This document shows, piece by piece, positions 1 through 11,513 of a DNA stretch of 64,000 bases. Numbering within the stretch: the stretch's first letter is position 1; every line of letters starts with the position of its first letter. Origin of the DNA: Blepharisma stoltei ATCC 30299 (taxonomy: Eukaryota; Protista; Ciliophora); the NCBI GenBank assembly GCA_965603825.1, contig CBFDEM010000040.1, positions 682,001 to 746,000 of the forward strand. Direction: 5' to 3'. Under the pieces are notes generated by a model, which had not been told where the DNA came from, ran no database searches, and saw nothing but the letters and a program-made list of their open reading frames with translations. The position numbers and the translations under genes were made by a program.

Positions 1-547
1 CTGGGTGTATAGAAATCCCTATTAAGGCGTTTTGTTCAAATTTAATAGCTTTTGCAAGCTCATTTGAAGCTTCAGAATCCTCGTCAGCAAAAAGTACAAA
101 AACAGTAGGATTTTCGCTTATAAATTGTTGGACGTCAGGGTAAGACCTCAAAAGTTTTACCTTTGGGGATAATCTTAGTTTCACCCATTGGGTAATATCA
201 CTTGCTGTCTGAGGGCCAGTGTATTCATAATGGACCTTCCCTGAAAAGTAGTGGAATGAAGGGCCAGCCTTGATATCATATGCAACACCTATATGCTTAT
301 TATGTCCCATATCATACTGGCCTAGCAAAATATCTGATTGATCTTTAAATGATGCCGCGACTTTTTTCATTTCTGGCAAAAGTCGCTTATAGTGCCCACA
401 CTTAGGCTCATAAAACATCACAAACATGTCTTTCGGCTCTTTTACAGCTTCCATCCAGTTCAGATCATCAAGAAAATACAGATTTTCGTCATGAATTAGC
501 TCTCCGTATGTTAAACTTAGCAAGGCAAAAAACACGTGTCCCCACAT
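1..547 (-). CDS. Protein disulfide isomerase / thioredoxin-like protein (3' end runs off the window), atypical CGHY site
   Basis: Manual translation from ATG 547: signal peptide MWGHVFFALLSLTYG, then VMFYEPKCGHYKRLLPE...YEYTGPQTASDITQWV, a PDI a-domain pattern. Not in the ORF track because it is truncated by the window edge. Confidence 0.8.
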   Translation of the reverse strand, partial: MWGHVFFALLSLTYGELIHDENLYFLDDLNWMEAVKEPKDMFVMFYEPKCGHYKRLLPEMKKVAASFKDQSDILLGQYDMGHNKHIGVAYDIKAGPSFHYFSGKVHYEYTGPQTASDITQWVKLRLSPKVKLLRSYPDVQQFISENPTVFVLFADEDSEASNELAKAIKFEQNALIGISIHP

Positions 548-560
548 TTTTATCTTAAAG

Positions 561-797
561 TTATGTAAAAATTTTATTTAAAAGCAGCTTATTAGAGTAA
601 ATCATTGTACCAATAATTTCGTCAGGGTCCCATAGGATTTGAGGTGATTTTTCAATTAAATATTGAGTTGTGTTGTGAGGCGCCTTAGGCGGAAATCGTC
701 GGTCATATCGAAAGGTACGGGTCTTCAGCTTGGAGCGAGGCTGGATTTTGTGAATTTTTTTGCTGCTGGTTTGGCTCGTTGGTAGATAGGTCTTCAT
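561..797 (-). CDS. 78-aa basic peptide with HEXIM-like AP(H)NTTQYL motif
   Basis: ATG..TAA ORF. A K/R-rich stretch is followed by PPKAPHNTTQYLIE, resembling the HEXIM APYNTTQFL motif. Confidence 0.5.
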   Translation of the reverse strand: MKTYLPTSQTSSKKIHKIQPRSKLKTRTFRYDRRFPPKAPHNTTQYLIEKSPQILWDPDEIIGTMIYSNKLLLNKIFT

Positions 798-1225
798 ATA
801 GTTTTTGGTGATAAGGATTTAAATGGTGAAATATGATAAAGATCAGAAATGAAGCCAATATGAAAAGAGATAAATTTTTAAATTTTCAGAGATAGTCCCC
901 TGATAAGGCAAATTAATGGGCTAAGAAAGTATGAAAAGGCGTCTTGGGATAAAATATTGAATATAAGATTATGTAATTGCTTTAGAAATATCATTAATCA
1001 ATGGAATTTTAATATTAATAATATTTTTGATTTTTAAATTATGCAGGGGATTATTTATTTTAAACTTTATGATGTAGGTGTAATAAATTTTGAATACATA
1101 AAGAAATAAGAATAGCTTTCTAAATATTTTTTACAATAAAAATTATATTTATTGGGTAATCATAAAGGAAATATTTTCAAAAAATCATTATTAAGGAAAA
1201 GTTTAATTTATGTATTATATGATAA

Positions 1226-2374
1226 CTAGCCCCATCGGTTAGCCCTTGTCATAAAGCTTGCTATATCACAGCCAGATTTAAACGAAACTCTAAACTGGCA
1301 AGGAGTAAGTGAAGTATACTGTATCGGCAAAGATTTAAGCTGCTGCAAAGAATTTTCTTGATGATAAAGTGAAACATTAGGTGTGAGATGTATAATAGAA
1401 TTACTATTTGATATTGAGCCACTCATAAGCGATCCTTTAGATTTGCTCATATTATGAAGCTCTTTAGCTTTCAAATTATGAAGATGATGAGGCACGCGAG
1501 AATAAATAACAGGCGAAAACGTGCATTCCTCAACTCCTTTTTCCTCTTTCGCTTTTATCATTTTATTAACTTTTTGATGTTTTTCTTTTGCTCAGCTGTT
1601 ACTTCTTTCCAAAACTGATAAATTAAGCAAACTTTTTGATTGAGATTTTTCTTTTCTTGAATGCACTGAAGCAGATCGGGTGGATGTTGAAGGCGTTTTT
1701 GGAATCTTTTTTATAGTTTTCTTAGGCTTAGGCTCAGGTGTTTTTGCAATCTGATGGCTTGTAAACTGTTTTTCAATTGATTCGTTAAAAGGGGTCGTTT
1801 TGAATGTTGGGCTACTCATGTTATTTGATTCAGGGCTTGCTTCTGTTGGGGAAATATAGATCGGAGAGCACTCTTGTGAAGATCTAAAAGGCGATCTCTG
1901 TTCAATTACCTCACTCTTTATATCTGATATAATAGACTTCGAAATATTTACAAATAAATCCCCAAATAATTTTTGTTCAGCTTTTTTGGCTAATTCTTGG
2001 GATTTTTTCGAAATTTTTGGTTTGTTCCTCATTTTGCCCATTTCTTCTTTTTCTCTTTTCGTTCTTAAATCTTCAATCCGTTTCTGTGCCAAAACTTGTT
2101 TCTGCATTAGCTTGTCTTCGATTCTCATAGCTGAGACTTTATTTGATCTTCTTGAATCGCCTAAATATACTGGAGATCCTTCTATTGACGGTTTTTGTGA
2201 TGAAAATTCCTCATTTGTTTTCTCGTCTCTTGGGCTTGAAATTGGAGGAGTGATGATTATTGATGACTGTGGGGTAAACTGTAATGGAAAATCATAATAA
2301 TAGTCGTCAATATGCTTTGGTATAGAATTTGTAGCAGGAGGATGAAATTCTAAAGAATCAGATAAGTTTAACAT
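1226..2374 (-). CDS. Hypothetical S/P/K-rich protein with ECTFSP motif
   Basis: ORFs 1592-2386 and 1226-1561 are in the same frame and join through TGA=Trp. First ATG is at 2374 and the stop is TAG. Confidence 0.7.
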
Positions 2375-2557
2375 TAAATTTTGCAAAAAAATTATTTATC
2401 AGGATTTAAAAAATATTTTTGGAAATTTTGCAAAACTAAAATCCCTTAAAGAAGTCGATTTATTTCAGTATCCTACATGATAAAATTTTAATTGTTGAAT
2501 ACACATATTTGTCTAATTGGTTCTGATATTTAAATATGAAAATATAATTTGTATAAT

Positions 2558-2893
2558 ATGAATTCTGATCTGAAGAAAAAGCTGAGAATCAAATCTGGAG
2601 TCGTGAAAAGGATGAACAGAGAGCACGAATCGTATCAAAGAGAAGTTGATAAAGACAGAGATAGAGTTCAGAAACTGAGAGACAATGGAGCAAGCGAGTC
2701 TGAAATCAAAAGACAAGAAGAAGTATTGCAAGAAACCATTGCTATGATACCATATACAAGAAGAAAACTGAATGAAGCCATTCAAGGACTCAGAGATTTT
2801 ATGAAGGAAAATGATACAAACAATGATCTTATTGGATCCCAGGAATGGACTGAAGCATCAAACTCGCTTTCCGCTGCTTCAGTGAGTGTATAA
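2558..2893 (+). CDS. TBCA: Tubulin-binding cofactor A
   Basis: LRIKSGVVKRMNREHESYQRE...EIKRQEEVLQETIAMIP matches the TBCA signature. ATG at 2558. Confidence 0.92.
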   Translation: MNSDLKKKLRIKSGVVKRMNREHESYQREVDKDRDRVQKLRDNGASESEIKRQEEVLQETIAMIPYTRRKLNEAIQGLRDFMKENDTNNDLIGSQEWTEASNSLSAASVSV

Positions 2894-3584
2894 TATTTTT
2901 TCATTAGAAATAATTGAAATTTTTCTTAAATTAGTGTTTTGCAAAAACGCAACAGATTAATAATTTAAAATGAAAACTGGAGAGGAATCTATCATATTTA
3001 TGAGTAATTCATTTTATTAATTTCTTTATAGAAATATAATATCATATAGATATTAGACGCTGCAAACCAGCAAAAAAATGTTAAAGATGAAATCCAAATA
3101 TTCTCCTTAAATAATATTCATAAAATATACATGAAAATGTCATAAAAATTCTAAAAAACTTTTTAAATCATATAAGCTTATTAATTCCTAATCAATTTTA
3201 TGATTTCATAGAATAGCCTTAAGTATTTTAATAATCAAATATTTAATAATTAACAGGGAGTTCTAAAAATTCTCAAATTTGTTGAATTTATATCAAAATT
3301 AAAACTTTGATTAAAAATTGGGGAAATGAATTATTTTTGAAAGAAATTATCAATGAAAGATTTTCGCTTACATTTATTTATACACAAGAATCGAGATAAA
3401 TATTTTCCCATCTATTTTATCCAAGCTCTAAAGCCTCCTAAATATCAATCTCTCTTATTAATATCGAAATGGCATCATTTTTATAATAAAAAATCCCGAA
3501 TCCCTGGATTACAACCTATTCTATTTTGGCCCATATTTTGGGCTAAACTGCTATAAATAGCGAGCTGAAAACGCGGATAATCTA

Positions 3585-4115
3585 ATGGATTGCACATTAC
3601 GTGATCAACGACGCACTTTATTGGAGACCACGAATCAAGAATTTGCCGTCGTGCCTTTTAGCATTGCGACGGAAAAGCCTTTCACAACCTCACCTTTTCC
3701 ACCTCTACATAGAGAAAAACAGTTCTATCAGCCTAATAGCCCTGTACCTAATGATTTCTCCACTATCAGCAGCCCCTCAGAGACCCATACATATCCGCTT
3801 AAAAAACGACAACGGAAAAACGGGAATCAATTGGATGTTTTAAAGAAAGAGTTCATACCTGGACGAATGTGGGATAAGAATAAAATCGAAGAAATAGCCT
3901 TAACTACTGGGCTGAATGAAGGACAAATCTACAAGTGGGGGTGGGATCAATTTCAAAAATCAAGAACTAGAAAGAAATATGAGGCAGAGCCTGACCTTGT
4001 ATGTCTGGAGAGCTTATCTCCTACTGCTCTAGAGGCTGATTTTTTGAAAGTTTTGAGGTCGTATAAGCTTTCTGTAGCAACAATGGCCGTCCAAAAAAGT
4101 TTGGTTGGAAAATAA
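3585..4115 (+). CDS. Divergent homeodomain protein
   Basis: KKRQRKNGNQLDVLKKEF...IEEIALTTGLNEGQIYKWGWDQ follows the homeodomain helix pattern. Confidence 0.75.
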   Translation: MDCTLRDQRRTLLETTNQEFAVVPFSIATEKPFTTSPFPPLHREKQFYQPNSPVPNDFSTISSPSETHTYPLKKRQRKNGNQLDVLKKEFIPGRMWDKNKIEEIALTTGLNEGQIYKWGWDQFQKSRTRKKYEAEPDLVCLESLSPTALEADFLKVLRSYKLSVATMAVQKSLVGK

Positions 4116-4599
4116 TTGAGCTAATAATTTATAAACTTTCTCCTGCTAATTTATTATTTTTTATGGAAGTTTTTCTGGAGAGATTCAGCGAGATATGACG
4201 GCTGAAATGACAAAAAATTAATGATTATATCAGCTAAGATTAATGAGTTCTGTAGAATTATGATTAAAGGTGTTTTTCAGAAATCACCATAACGGTGTAT
4301 TTTTTTGACATAAAATGGAGATGAAAATATTTTTAATCTTGCTGCTTTAATTGAAAATTGAGATAGCATGCATTCTTGAAGTTTAAAATCATAGCAATGA
4401 CTGGCAAATTTTTATTAATTTTTTTATTTAAGTTTATTATTGATTTTTAGCCTGTGTAAATTATATATATTATGAACTATAAACTCTGAATATTTAGCAT
4501 AATTTCTTAGCAGGATCATAAATCATGATATTTCCAATATAAACCAATGTTTATAAGATAATTTAAATAATTTAGCCTAATTTCCATTTAAAATACATT

Positions 4600-7500
4600 A
4601 TGGAGAGCGACTCATCCTTAGAAGACTCATATCTCAAAAAAGGCATCGATTTTTATCACCATCATCTTCTCAGTTCTGTGTTCAGCAGGTAACTAATATT
4701 CAGCTTCAAGATAGCTTGTGGCTTTTCTCAAAATAAAAAAAATCTCAAAAACATTGCAAATCAGTTTTATCAAACCGCGCTTAAAACATGAGGATTCAAA
4801 GCACTGAGGGACAATCGAAATAAATTAATTGGGTTTTATAAGCTTGGCTGGGTTCTTACTAAAAAAGTCAAAGAAAGCTTAGCTTGGGGACTAGAACACA
4901 TGAAGCCTTTACAGATAATTTTAGAAGAGAGCAAAGAATTTAGTTTTATGGGCGACGATGCTCAAAACGCAAAGCTAAACGACAATTTTGACGCTTTTCT
5001 CGACAAAGAGCCTGATTTTGGAAGAGATAGTGATATAAAAGAAGAAAAGCCTCGGAAAATTTCCAATTATATGCTTTCTGTATTAAAATCGGCTTTAAAA
5101 GATCCATATAGAAGAATCCTGCATTGGAGCTTTAACGGGCTTAAAAAAGTAGAAAAGCCTAAAGAAATTGACTCAGATCTCGAAAATTTGTCAACTCCAA
5201 GAAGCATTTACAGAACTATTGACAAACCACTTAAGTCTGAAACCCCACCAATGAAATATCATGCGATAGATGTGACAGTAAAATCTGAAGCTTTATCTCA
5301 AAGAATTAATTCACTAATGGAAAGAATCCAATCAAAAGATTTTTCTCCTGAAAATTATGCAAGCTTAGAAACTCCCACTAGTGTCAAATCATCTAAAGTA
5401 AACTTATATATCCCAAGTACAAGCTCTCCAGGATCCCCACTGTCAACTATGACTATGGGAGCTTTGGATACAGACCGAACTTCACAAATTTTATCAAAAA
5501 GAAGCGAAAAAATCCAAGAAGAGCTGGAGTCTATGGACAATTTTGAATATGCGTGAAAACTGTTTAAAGCGTGGAAAAATTATGTAATGAAGAAAAAAAT
5601 CAGGAAGCTGAAGCTGGATATTGCAGAAAGAAATATTTTTATTAGAAGGTGTAGGCTTGCATTTAAAGCGATATCTGAGATATCAAAAAAACAGATAAGA
5701 AAGAAAAATAAAAATAAGCTGGCGTTAGGGTGTTATGCGCAGACACTTTTGAAGACTGCTATAAGGAAATTAAAAGAAGGGACCAGAAAAACGGCTGAAA
5801 GATATTGCCATAGGCTGAAATCACAAAGAAATTTTATGAAAAAATGCCTGAGTTCTTGAAATTTTGTGGCGAAAAAAATGATTTTAAATAAAGAAAAAAT
5901 TGAAAAAATGAATAGAAAAATCAATAAAAGAATTAAAGTTAGATTTTTCCATTATTTGGCAATAGTGACCAAGCTGATCAATATGGAAAACCAGCAAAAT
6001 GATTTAGCGCTGATATTCTGGCATGATAGAATTTTAAATTGGACTTTTAAATGGCTTAGAGAAGCTGTAAAAATTTCTAAAAAAGAGATCATCAATGAAG
6101 AAATAGCCACAACTTTTTCAAACGCTCATTTAAAGAGAAAATATTTTTTCTCTCTTAAAGAAAATACAGAAGAAATTAAAAAAAATCGGAGCAGGATTCA
6201 GATTAATTTGTATTATAAATTGAAGAACACTGGAGAAGCAAGGATAAATAATGCTTTTGGGGCTTGGGTTAAGTTTATAGATCATTTGAAGACAATTGAT
6301 GCGAATTTATTAAAATTACAAAAAAATAAGCATAGGTGTGCTTTGGATATGGCTGATAATTTTTATAATCAAAAAGAAATGCATAAAGCGCTGCAGTGGC
6401 TGCAGATCAATGCAGCTAGCAGTAAAGAGCAAAAGAGAAAAAAGGAAGAAAGATTGAAAAATATTATAAAAGAACTGACAATTCCAAAATGCAAAAGGAT
6501 TTTGTATTCCTGGAAAAACAGCAAAAAATCTTCAGCAATCGCAATTTTTCACAACAAATCCCGCCTAAACAGAAAAATATTTAACATCTTAAAAACAAAT
6601 GTAGAAAACAACCACTCACGGAAATACCAAAAAGCATTAAAGCACTTAAAAGGAAGAATATGAGATGCATGAATCTCTTACATCCTCAAAAAGAAAGAGT
6701 CATTAAAAGAAGAAAAAAAACTCGAAAAAAAGGCTGATGCATTTTTAGAAGATCTTCAATTAATTAGAGGTATGAGAAGGCTTAAAAAATTTTTAGCTCA
6801 CAGAAAAATAGAAAAACTAGGAGCTGAAGCAAACAAGAAATTATTGATTAAAAAAGGACTCAGAAGGTGGAAAGGCTACTATGAAAGATATTTGAAACTG
6901 ATGAGAAAAGCAAGGACATTTAGACTGAAAAAAATAGAAGATGAAGAAAGATTGTGCTTGACTCGGCTGAATTATAACTGCAAAATAAAGTCTTGGAAAA
7001 TTAGAGCTGAAAATAGACTTTTCTTTTATTGGGATAGGAAAACAAGCAGGATGCTGAATTCTTGGAAAATGATTTCAATGAGAAATAAAGCACACCGGCT
7101 GATAGTATCAGAGCACAGGCATATATCGTTAATAAAAAAGTCATTGCAAGCTTGGCATTTAAATAAACAAATAAATATTTACAAAGCTCAAAAAAATCAA
7201 TTAGCAGATATGCATACTGATTTTATTTTGAAAACTAAAGGATTTGCAGGGATTCAAATTTTTACTAAAAATAAAAAAGAAAAGAAAGTGAATATAAAGA
7301 AAGCACTTGAGTTTTATTATTACAAAACTGTTTCTAAAGCGCTCCATAGTATAAAATTCGTTAAAAATGTTGTGAGGACGAAGAAAGAAAAACTTTATGG
7401 AATTTTCGACAAATATTTGAGGTATTATGGCCTTAGAAAATGCACAAATGTAGATCCGATATTTTCAGCATTTTTTGCTTGGAAAATAGCACCGCGTCAA

Positions 7501-7842
7501 AAACCTTTGCCAAAGCATCAAATTTGACAATATTCCAATACTCAGCAGCAGAAATTTAAAAAGACTCCTTCTTACTTAAGGTCTTTGTTTATAAAATGGC
7601 TCAGTATGAGTACTATAAATTCAATGTCTGCAAATTCAAAAGCTCTTGCATTATCAAAGAAATTGCTAAGCAAAAAATTTTTGGGAAAATGGAAATCTCT
7701 AGTTAAATACAGTAAAATCAGAAGGAAGACATTAAGAGTAGCTATGATGTTTAGAAGATTAAAATTAAAGCAAAAAGTATTTAATGGGCTTAGAAAAGGG
7801 AAAAAAGCCAAAAAAGTTAGGTGGAATAGCACTCTTATGTAG
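4600..7842 (+). CDS. Sfi1-like (centrin-binding) repeat protein, about 1075 aa, one 15-nt intron
   Basis: ATG 4600 and intron 4689-4703. ORFs at 4900, 5587, 5866, 6772 and 7585 share one frame and are linked by TGA=Trp, ending at TAG 7842. It has basic helical repeats of the A..F....L..K.F..W type. Confidence 0.7.
4689..4703 (+). other. 15-nt spliceosomal intron GTAACTAATATTCAG
   Basis: GT..AG, A at position 10. Removes an in-frame TAA and links ATG 4600 to the downstream ORF. Confidence 0.85.
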
Positions 7843-8087
7843 ACAATTATTAAACTTAAATAAATTTTTATAATTAGATTAGCTTTATAATTTATAATTA
7901 AAAATGCAACTGAAAACCCTTCTTTCAAAAATTAAAACTATATGCTTACTAATAATATACTTAATAGCTTAATTATATTAAATTTAATTATTATATGCAT
8001 TTCAAAATCTTAATTGTTATTCAGTAATCTGAATTCTTATCCATTTCCAAATTTTCGAATCTTTTAATCATTTCCAATAATTTTTTA

Positions 8088-8894
8088 ATGAACAGCCCTG
8101 TATTTAGCAAAAGGAATGGCTTTAGCTCTACGAGATCTAACTCGAAAAGAGCAAAGTCACTATCCAAAGCTTACTCGCCTTCATCAGAAATTTTTAAAAA
8201 AAGCCTACCTCCGATAAAATGCAATTCACATAGCCCTTCAGACCGCCAGAGATCTGCCAAACAAGTCTTATGGAATATGATAGAAAAAATCAAAAGACGA
8301 AAAATCTGTGATGAGCCTGCTATCAAAATTAACAACAAACCTCTAGAAACTCAAGATAAATCTCCTGAAAAAAATAATAGGTCTAAGTCAGCACACTCAA
8401 AGCGTAAAAGGAGGAACACTTTGAGAGAGGAATCTAAGTCTAATAATAAGCCGCATTCGTTTTTAGACCTCGAAAGACTTAAAAAGATACAAAGATCAAA
8501 AACTCCTAGCATGGAGACAAAACTGCTACATGTAGACACCTGTGGTGATATGAATATAATCCTCACTCCTCCAAATGAAGAGGTAGACGAACGGGATACG
8601 AGCCCATTTTCTGAATATGTAGATAAAGAACTGGACAGGTACATAAATTCCACAGAAAACACAGCTTCGCAAAAACGCTTGTCTTTTAAGAAAATCCCAG
8701 TACCAGATTTTACGAGCTCAGGTGAGGAATCAAATGGAGAGCATACCCCTACAAAGAGTAGAGGCTTTGTGAGAAAGTTTTTAAGCGTTGAAAAACCTGA
8801 TCCAAATGCCCAATCTAAAACTTGGAATTTGAGCGAAACGCGGCTTTCAAGAATTAAAAAATCGATAATTACTAATGACAAAAGTCAACAATAA
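8088..8894 (+). CDS. Hypothetical S/K/R-rich disordered protein
   Basis: 268-aa ATG..TAA ORF flanked by AT-rich intergenic DNA. No recognised domain. Confidence 0.7.
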   Translation: MNSPVFSKRNGFSSTRSNSKRAKSLSKAYSPSSEIFKKSLPPIKCNSHSPSDRQRSAKQVLWNMIEKIKRRKICDEPAIKINNKPLETQDKSPEKNNRSKSAHSKRKRRNTLREESKSNNKPHSFLDLERLKKIQRSKTPSMETKLLHVDTCGDMNIILTPPNEEVDERDTSPFSEYVDKELDRYINSTENTASQKRLSFKKIPVPDFTSSGEESNGEHTPTKSRGFVRKFLSVEKPDPNAQSKTWNLSETRLSRIKKSIITNDKSQQ

Positions 8895-8956
8895 CTGAGT
8901 CTATAATTAAATAGGGAAAATAATTTATATTTTTATAATAAGGAGAATTTAATATT

Positions 8957-9787
8957 ATGACTTGTTGAAGTTGAAGAAAAACTATAATTTCGTTCAGGAT
9001 CTTTGATGTACTGCTATTTATGTATTGTTCTACCGGTGCTACAGTTTTAGCCCTTAGAATAAAAAATCCGAGTGCAGAAATATTTATAGGCTTGATTGTT
9101 TTGTTTGCCAATTTGGGATGAATTATGATATCAACTCTAATGATAATTATAGGCAATCCTGGCTATATTCCTTCGGATTGCCAAAGATATATGATTCCAG
9201 CTGATAAGAAGTTTAAACCATCAAGATATATTGATAAAACAGACTTAGAAAAAGCTAGGATTCATAATTGCTTATATTGCCGAGTTATGCAACCCCCTAA
9301 AACTAGCCATTGCTCTGTATGCAATAAGTGCGTTCAATTTAGATATATCCACCTGAATATCATAAAAAAGTGTGTTGGTTTATACAATATCAAACTATAT
9401 TTTATATTCTTGGTAAACGGCTTAATTTGCTCAGGTATGTGTATAATTCTTAGTTATACGATTATGATGAACGTCATAACCCCTTTTATAAACCTCAACT
9501 TTGTTTTTATTTTTATGATTTCTGTTATCTATTTGGTCAGATTTATATATGAAGTTTGAAATTTAATGATTTTTATGGCAGATAGAAAAATACCTCCGAT
9601 TAACGATGCTTATAACATATTTAGGACAGATAGCTGATATAAAAGCTTTAAATTTGTTCTAGGCAAGGTCTATTTGTGGCTGATTCCTATTAAAATATCA
9701 AAAAAGATGGACTACACAGTTCCAGTTAGATTGAGGACATCCTTTGGCACTACTATAAAAGTTAAGAATAAATATGTAATAAATTAA
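8957..9787 (+). CDS. DHHC palmitoyltransferase-like membrane protein, with YIHL in place of DHHC
   Basis: Read with TGA=Trp from ATG 8957 to TAA 9787 (276 aa). Contains TM segments, NPGYIP, and CLYCRVMQPPKTSHCSVCNKCVQFRYIHLNIIKKCVGLYN, a DHHC cysteine-rich domain. Confidence 0.8.
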
Positions 9788-9820
9788 AGAAATTGTAGCC
9801 AAACAAATCCAATATACTAA

Positions 9821-11506
9821 TTAATTAATCGAAATCAAGCTCATTTTAAGGCTCCACTGAGGAATTAAATAGCCAAGCAAGCCATACTTCGGAAATGGGT
9901 CAATATAAGAATTTTGTAGCCTTGAATAGTATTCAAGAGAATACAACATAATTATCAGCCCATTCACAATAATTAGCATGGCCCACACAAGCACATTGTA
10001 TAGCCTTGACGTCTTGGCCTTCATTGAAATCATATACAGCCCAGGGCCACTTATCAAAATAAATAAAAATGGGGAAAAGAACCCTAGCGATAAGTCAATA
10101 ACAAGCTCACAACAGATTCCGCCTAACAAGTAAACTGTATAACGAGCTAGCTTTTGGCCTATAAATTCATTAGAAAATCTCATTAAATCAATAAATACAT
10201 AACAATGCATCCACTCGTAAAGAATTACGCTGACTTTTCTATAAAAAGTCCCAAAATCGCTTGAATTCCACCAGTCATCATAAAATTTTCTATCCGCAAA
10301 ATTTAGAATTTCAGCCCAAATTGAAAACCATGAGTGCATGACTGCAAAGAACAGCAAAAGGAACACAAAAGTGCCTGGTAGCATTGACACTATCCAGGAA
10401 ATTATCAATTTGCTTGGATCTTTGAGATTGTTGGCAGCTTCTTTGAAGGTTGGGACACAGAAGGCTTTGAAAATCAATGTGGTATATACAATACTTCCAA
10501 AGAAATCAAAGACATGAACGCCAAGATTTTTCCATCTAATTGATTTATCTATTTTAGGGTATGAGTCTCTATATATCAAAGTCGGCACAAATAAGAAAAA
10601 TGTGTATCGTTTTAGCTCTTTAGCGAAATCTTTTATGTTTATTTGTGGAATTACCAAGTCTTTTTCAGAGTATCCTATGCTTTCGGCATAAGAAGGCAAA
10701 TAGTGTGAATATTTGTTATAGCCATTTCCATGGAGTAATTTTTCTCTGAAGTAAGAATGCATTTTCATAATAAATCTTACCGTTTCGCTTAGGGCTACAA
10801 TAGAGCTTGCGATTGGTAACTGATACTCTTGTGTGAAGTGACAGCCATATAAAAATATAGAGATAACTGAAAGGGCATGCAGGAAAAATCCTAGATAAAT
10901 GGATAACCCTCCAGAAACGAGCTGCACAAGAGTGACTGGTATAAAGCTCCAGACAAACATGGCTATCCACATCATGATTACTTTTTCAATGTTACCAAAA
11001 TTTCCTGCAAGCAAGTTTAAGCCCAAAACATCAGTGCTATCCAAAAGGTCTTTGGCAAGCTCAGCAATACCAAAGTTCAGAAGAATAGCAATAAATATAT
11101 TGTAAATTGTTTGGAAATCTTTGCTATACAGAAGTTTTGAAATCGGTGCAGACTGTTTTACATGCACCTTTTCCACAAAAAGTTCTTTTTGGTTATCTTC
11201 ATTCTTTATATCTCCTCTTATTATGTGCTTGACTTCCTTAGCTCCCTTCCTGGATTTTTCCTCAAAATCATTCAAAATTCCCATTATTTTTCCATGAAAC
11301 TCTTCTTTTAGCTCGCTGAATTTTTCATCTAAAATCTGTCCACTCCTTTGTGACAATTCCACAAGTTTTTTCTCGACCATTTCTTCAGCTGCTATTTTCT
11401 GCTGATTTTCCAAGACATTAATAGTTTTCAGAACTTTGTTCAGCTCTGACTTAATGGTCGTGATCTTTTCAGAACTGAAGGAATCCGATATCTTTCTAGG
11501 ATCCAT
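9821..11506 (-). CDS. Sterol O-acyltransferase (ACAT/SOAT)-like MBOAT protein with divergent catalytic residues
   Basis: Motifs MKMHSYFRE, FLFVPTLIYRDSYP and AEILNFADRKFYDDWWNS, plus multiple TM helices. Confidence 0.88.
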   Translation of the reverse strand: MDPRKISDSFSSEKITTIKSELNKVLKTINVLENQQKIAAEEMVEKKLVELSQRSGQILDEKFSELKEEFHGKIMGILNDFEEKSRKGAKEVKHIIRGDIKNEDNQKELFVEKVHVKQSAPISKLLYSKDFQTIYNIFIAILLNFGIAELAKDLLDSTDVLGLNLLAGNFGNIEKVIMMWIAMFVWSFIPVTLVQLVSGGLSIYLGFFLHALSVISIFLYGCHFTQEYQLPIASSIVALSETVRFIMKMHSYFREKLLHGNGYNKYSHYLPSYAESIGYSEKDLVIPQINIKDFAKELKRYTFFLFVPTLIYRDSYPKIDKSIRWKNLGVHVFDFFGSIVYTTLIFKAFCVPTFKEAANNLKDPSKLIISWIVSMLPGTFVFLLLFFAVMHSWFSIWAEILNFADRKFYDDWWNSSDFGTFYRKVSVILYEWMHCYVFIDLMRFSNEFIGQKLARYTVYLLGGICCELVIDLSLGFFSPFLFILISGPGLYMISMKAKTSRLYNVLVWAMLIIVNGLIIMLYSLEYYSRLQNSYIDPFPKYGLLGYLIPQWSLKMSLISIN

Positions 11507-11513
11507 TTTTCTA

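Noticed and set aside
8351-8881. Long antisense ORFs (also 1986-2297, 35645-36097, 38509-39087, 43413-44165)
   Set aside because: They are shadows of well-supported genes on the opposite strand, with F/L/S-rich composition and no motifs.
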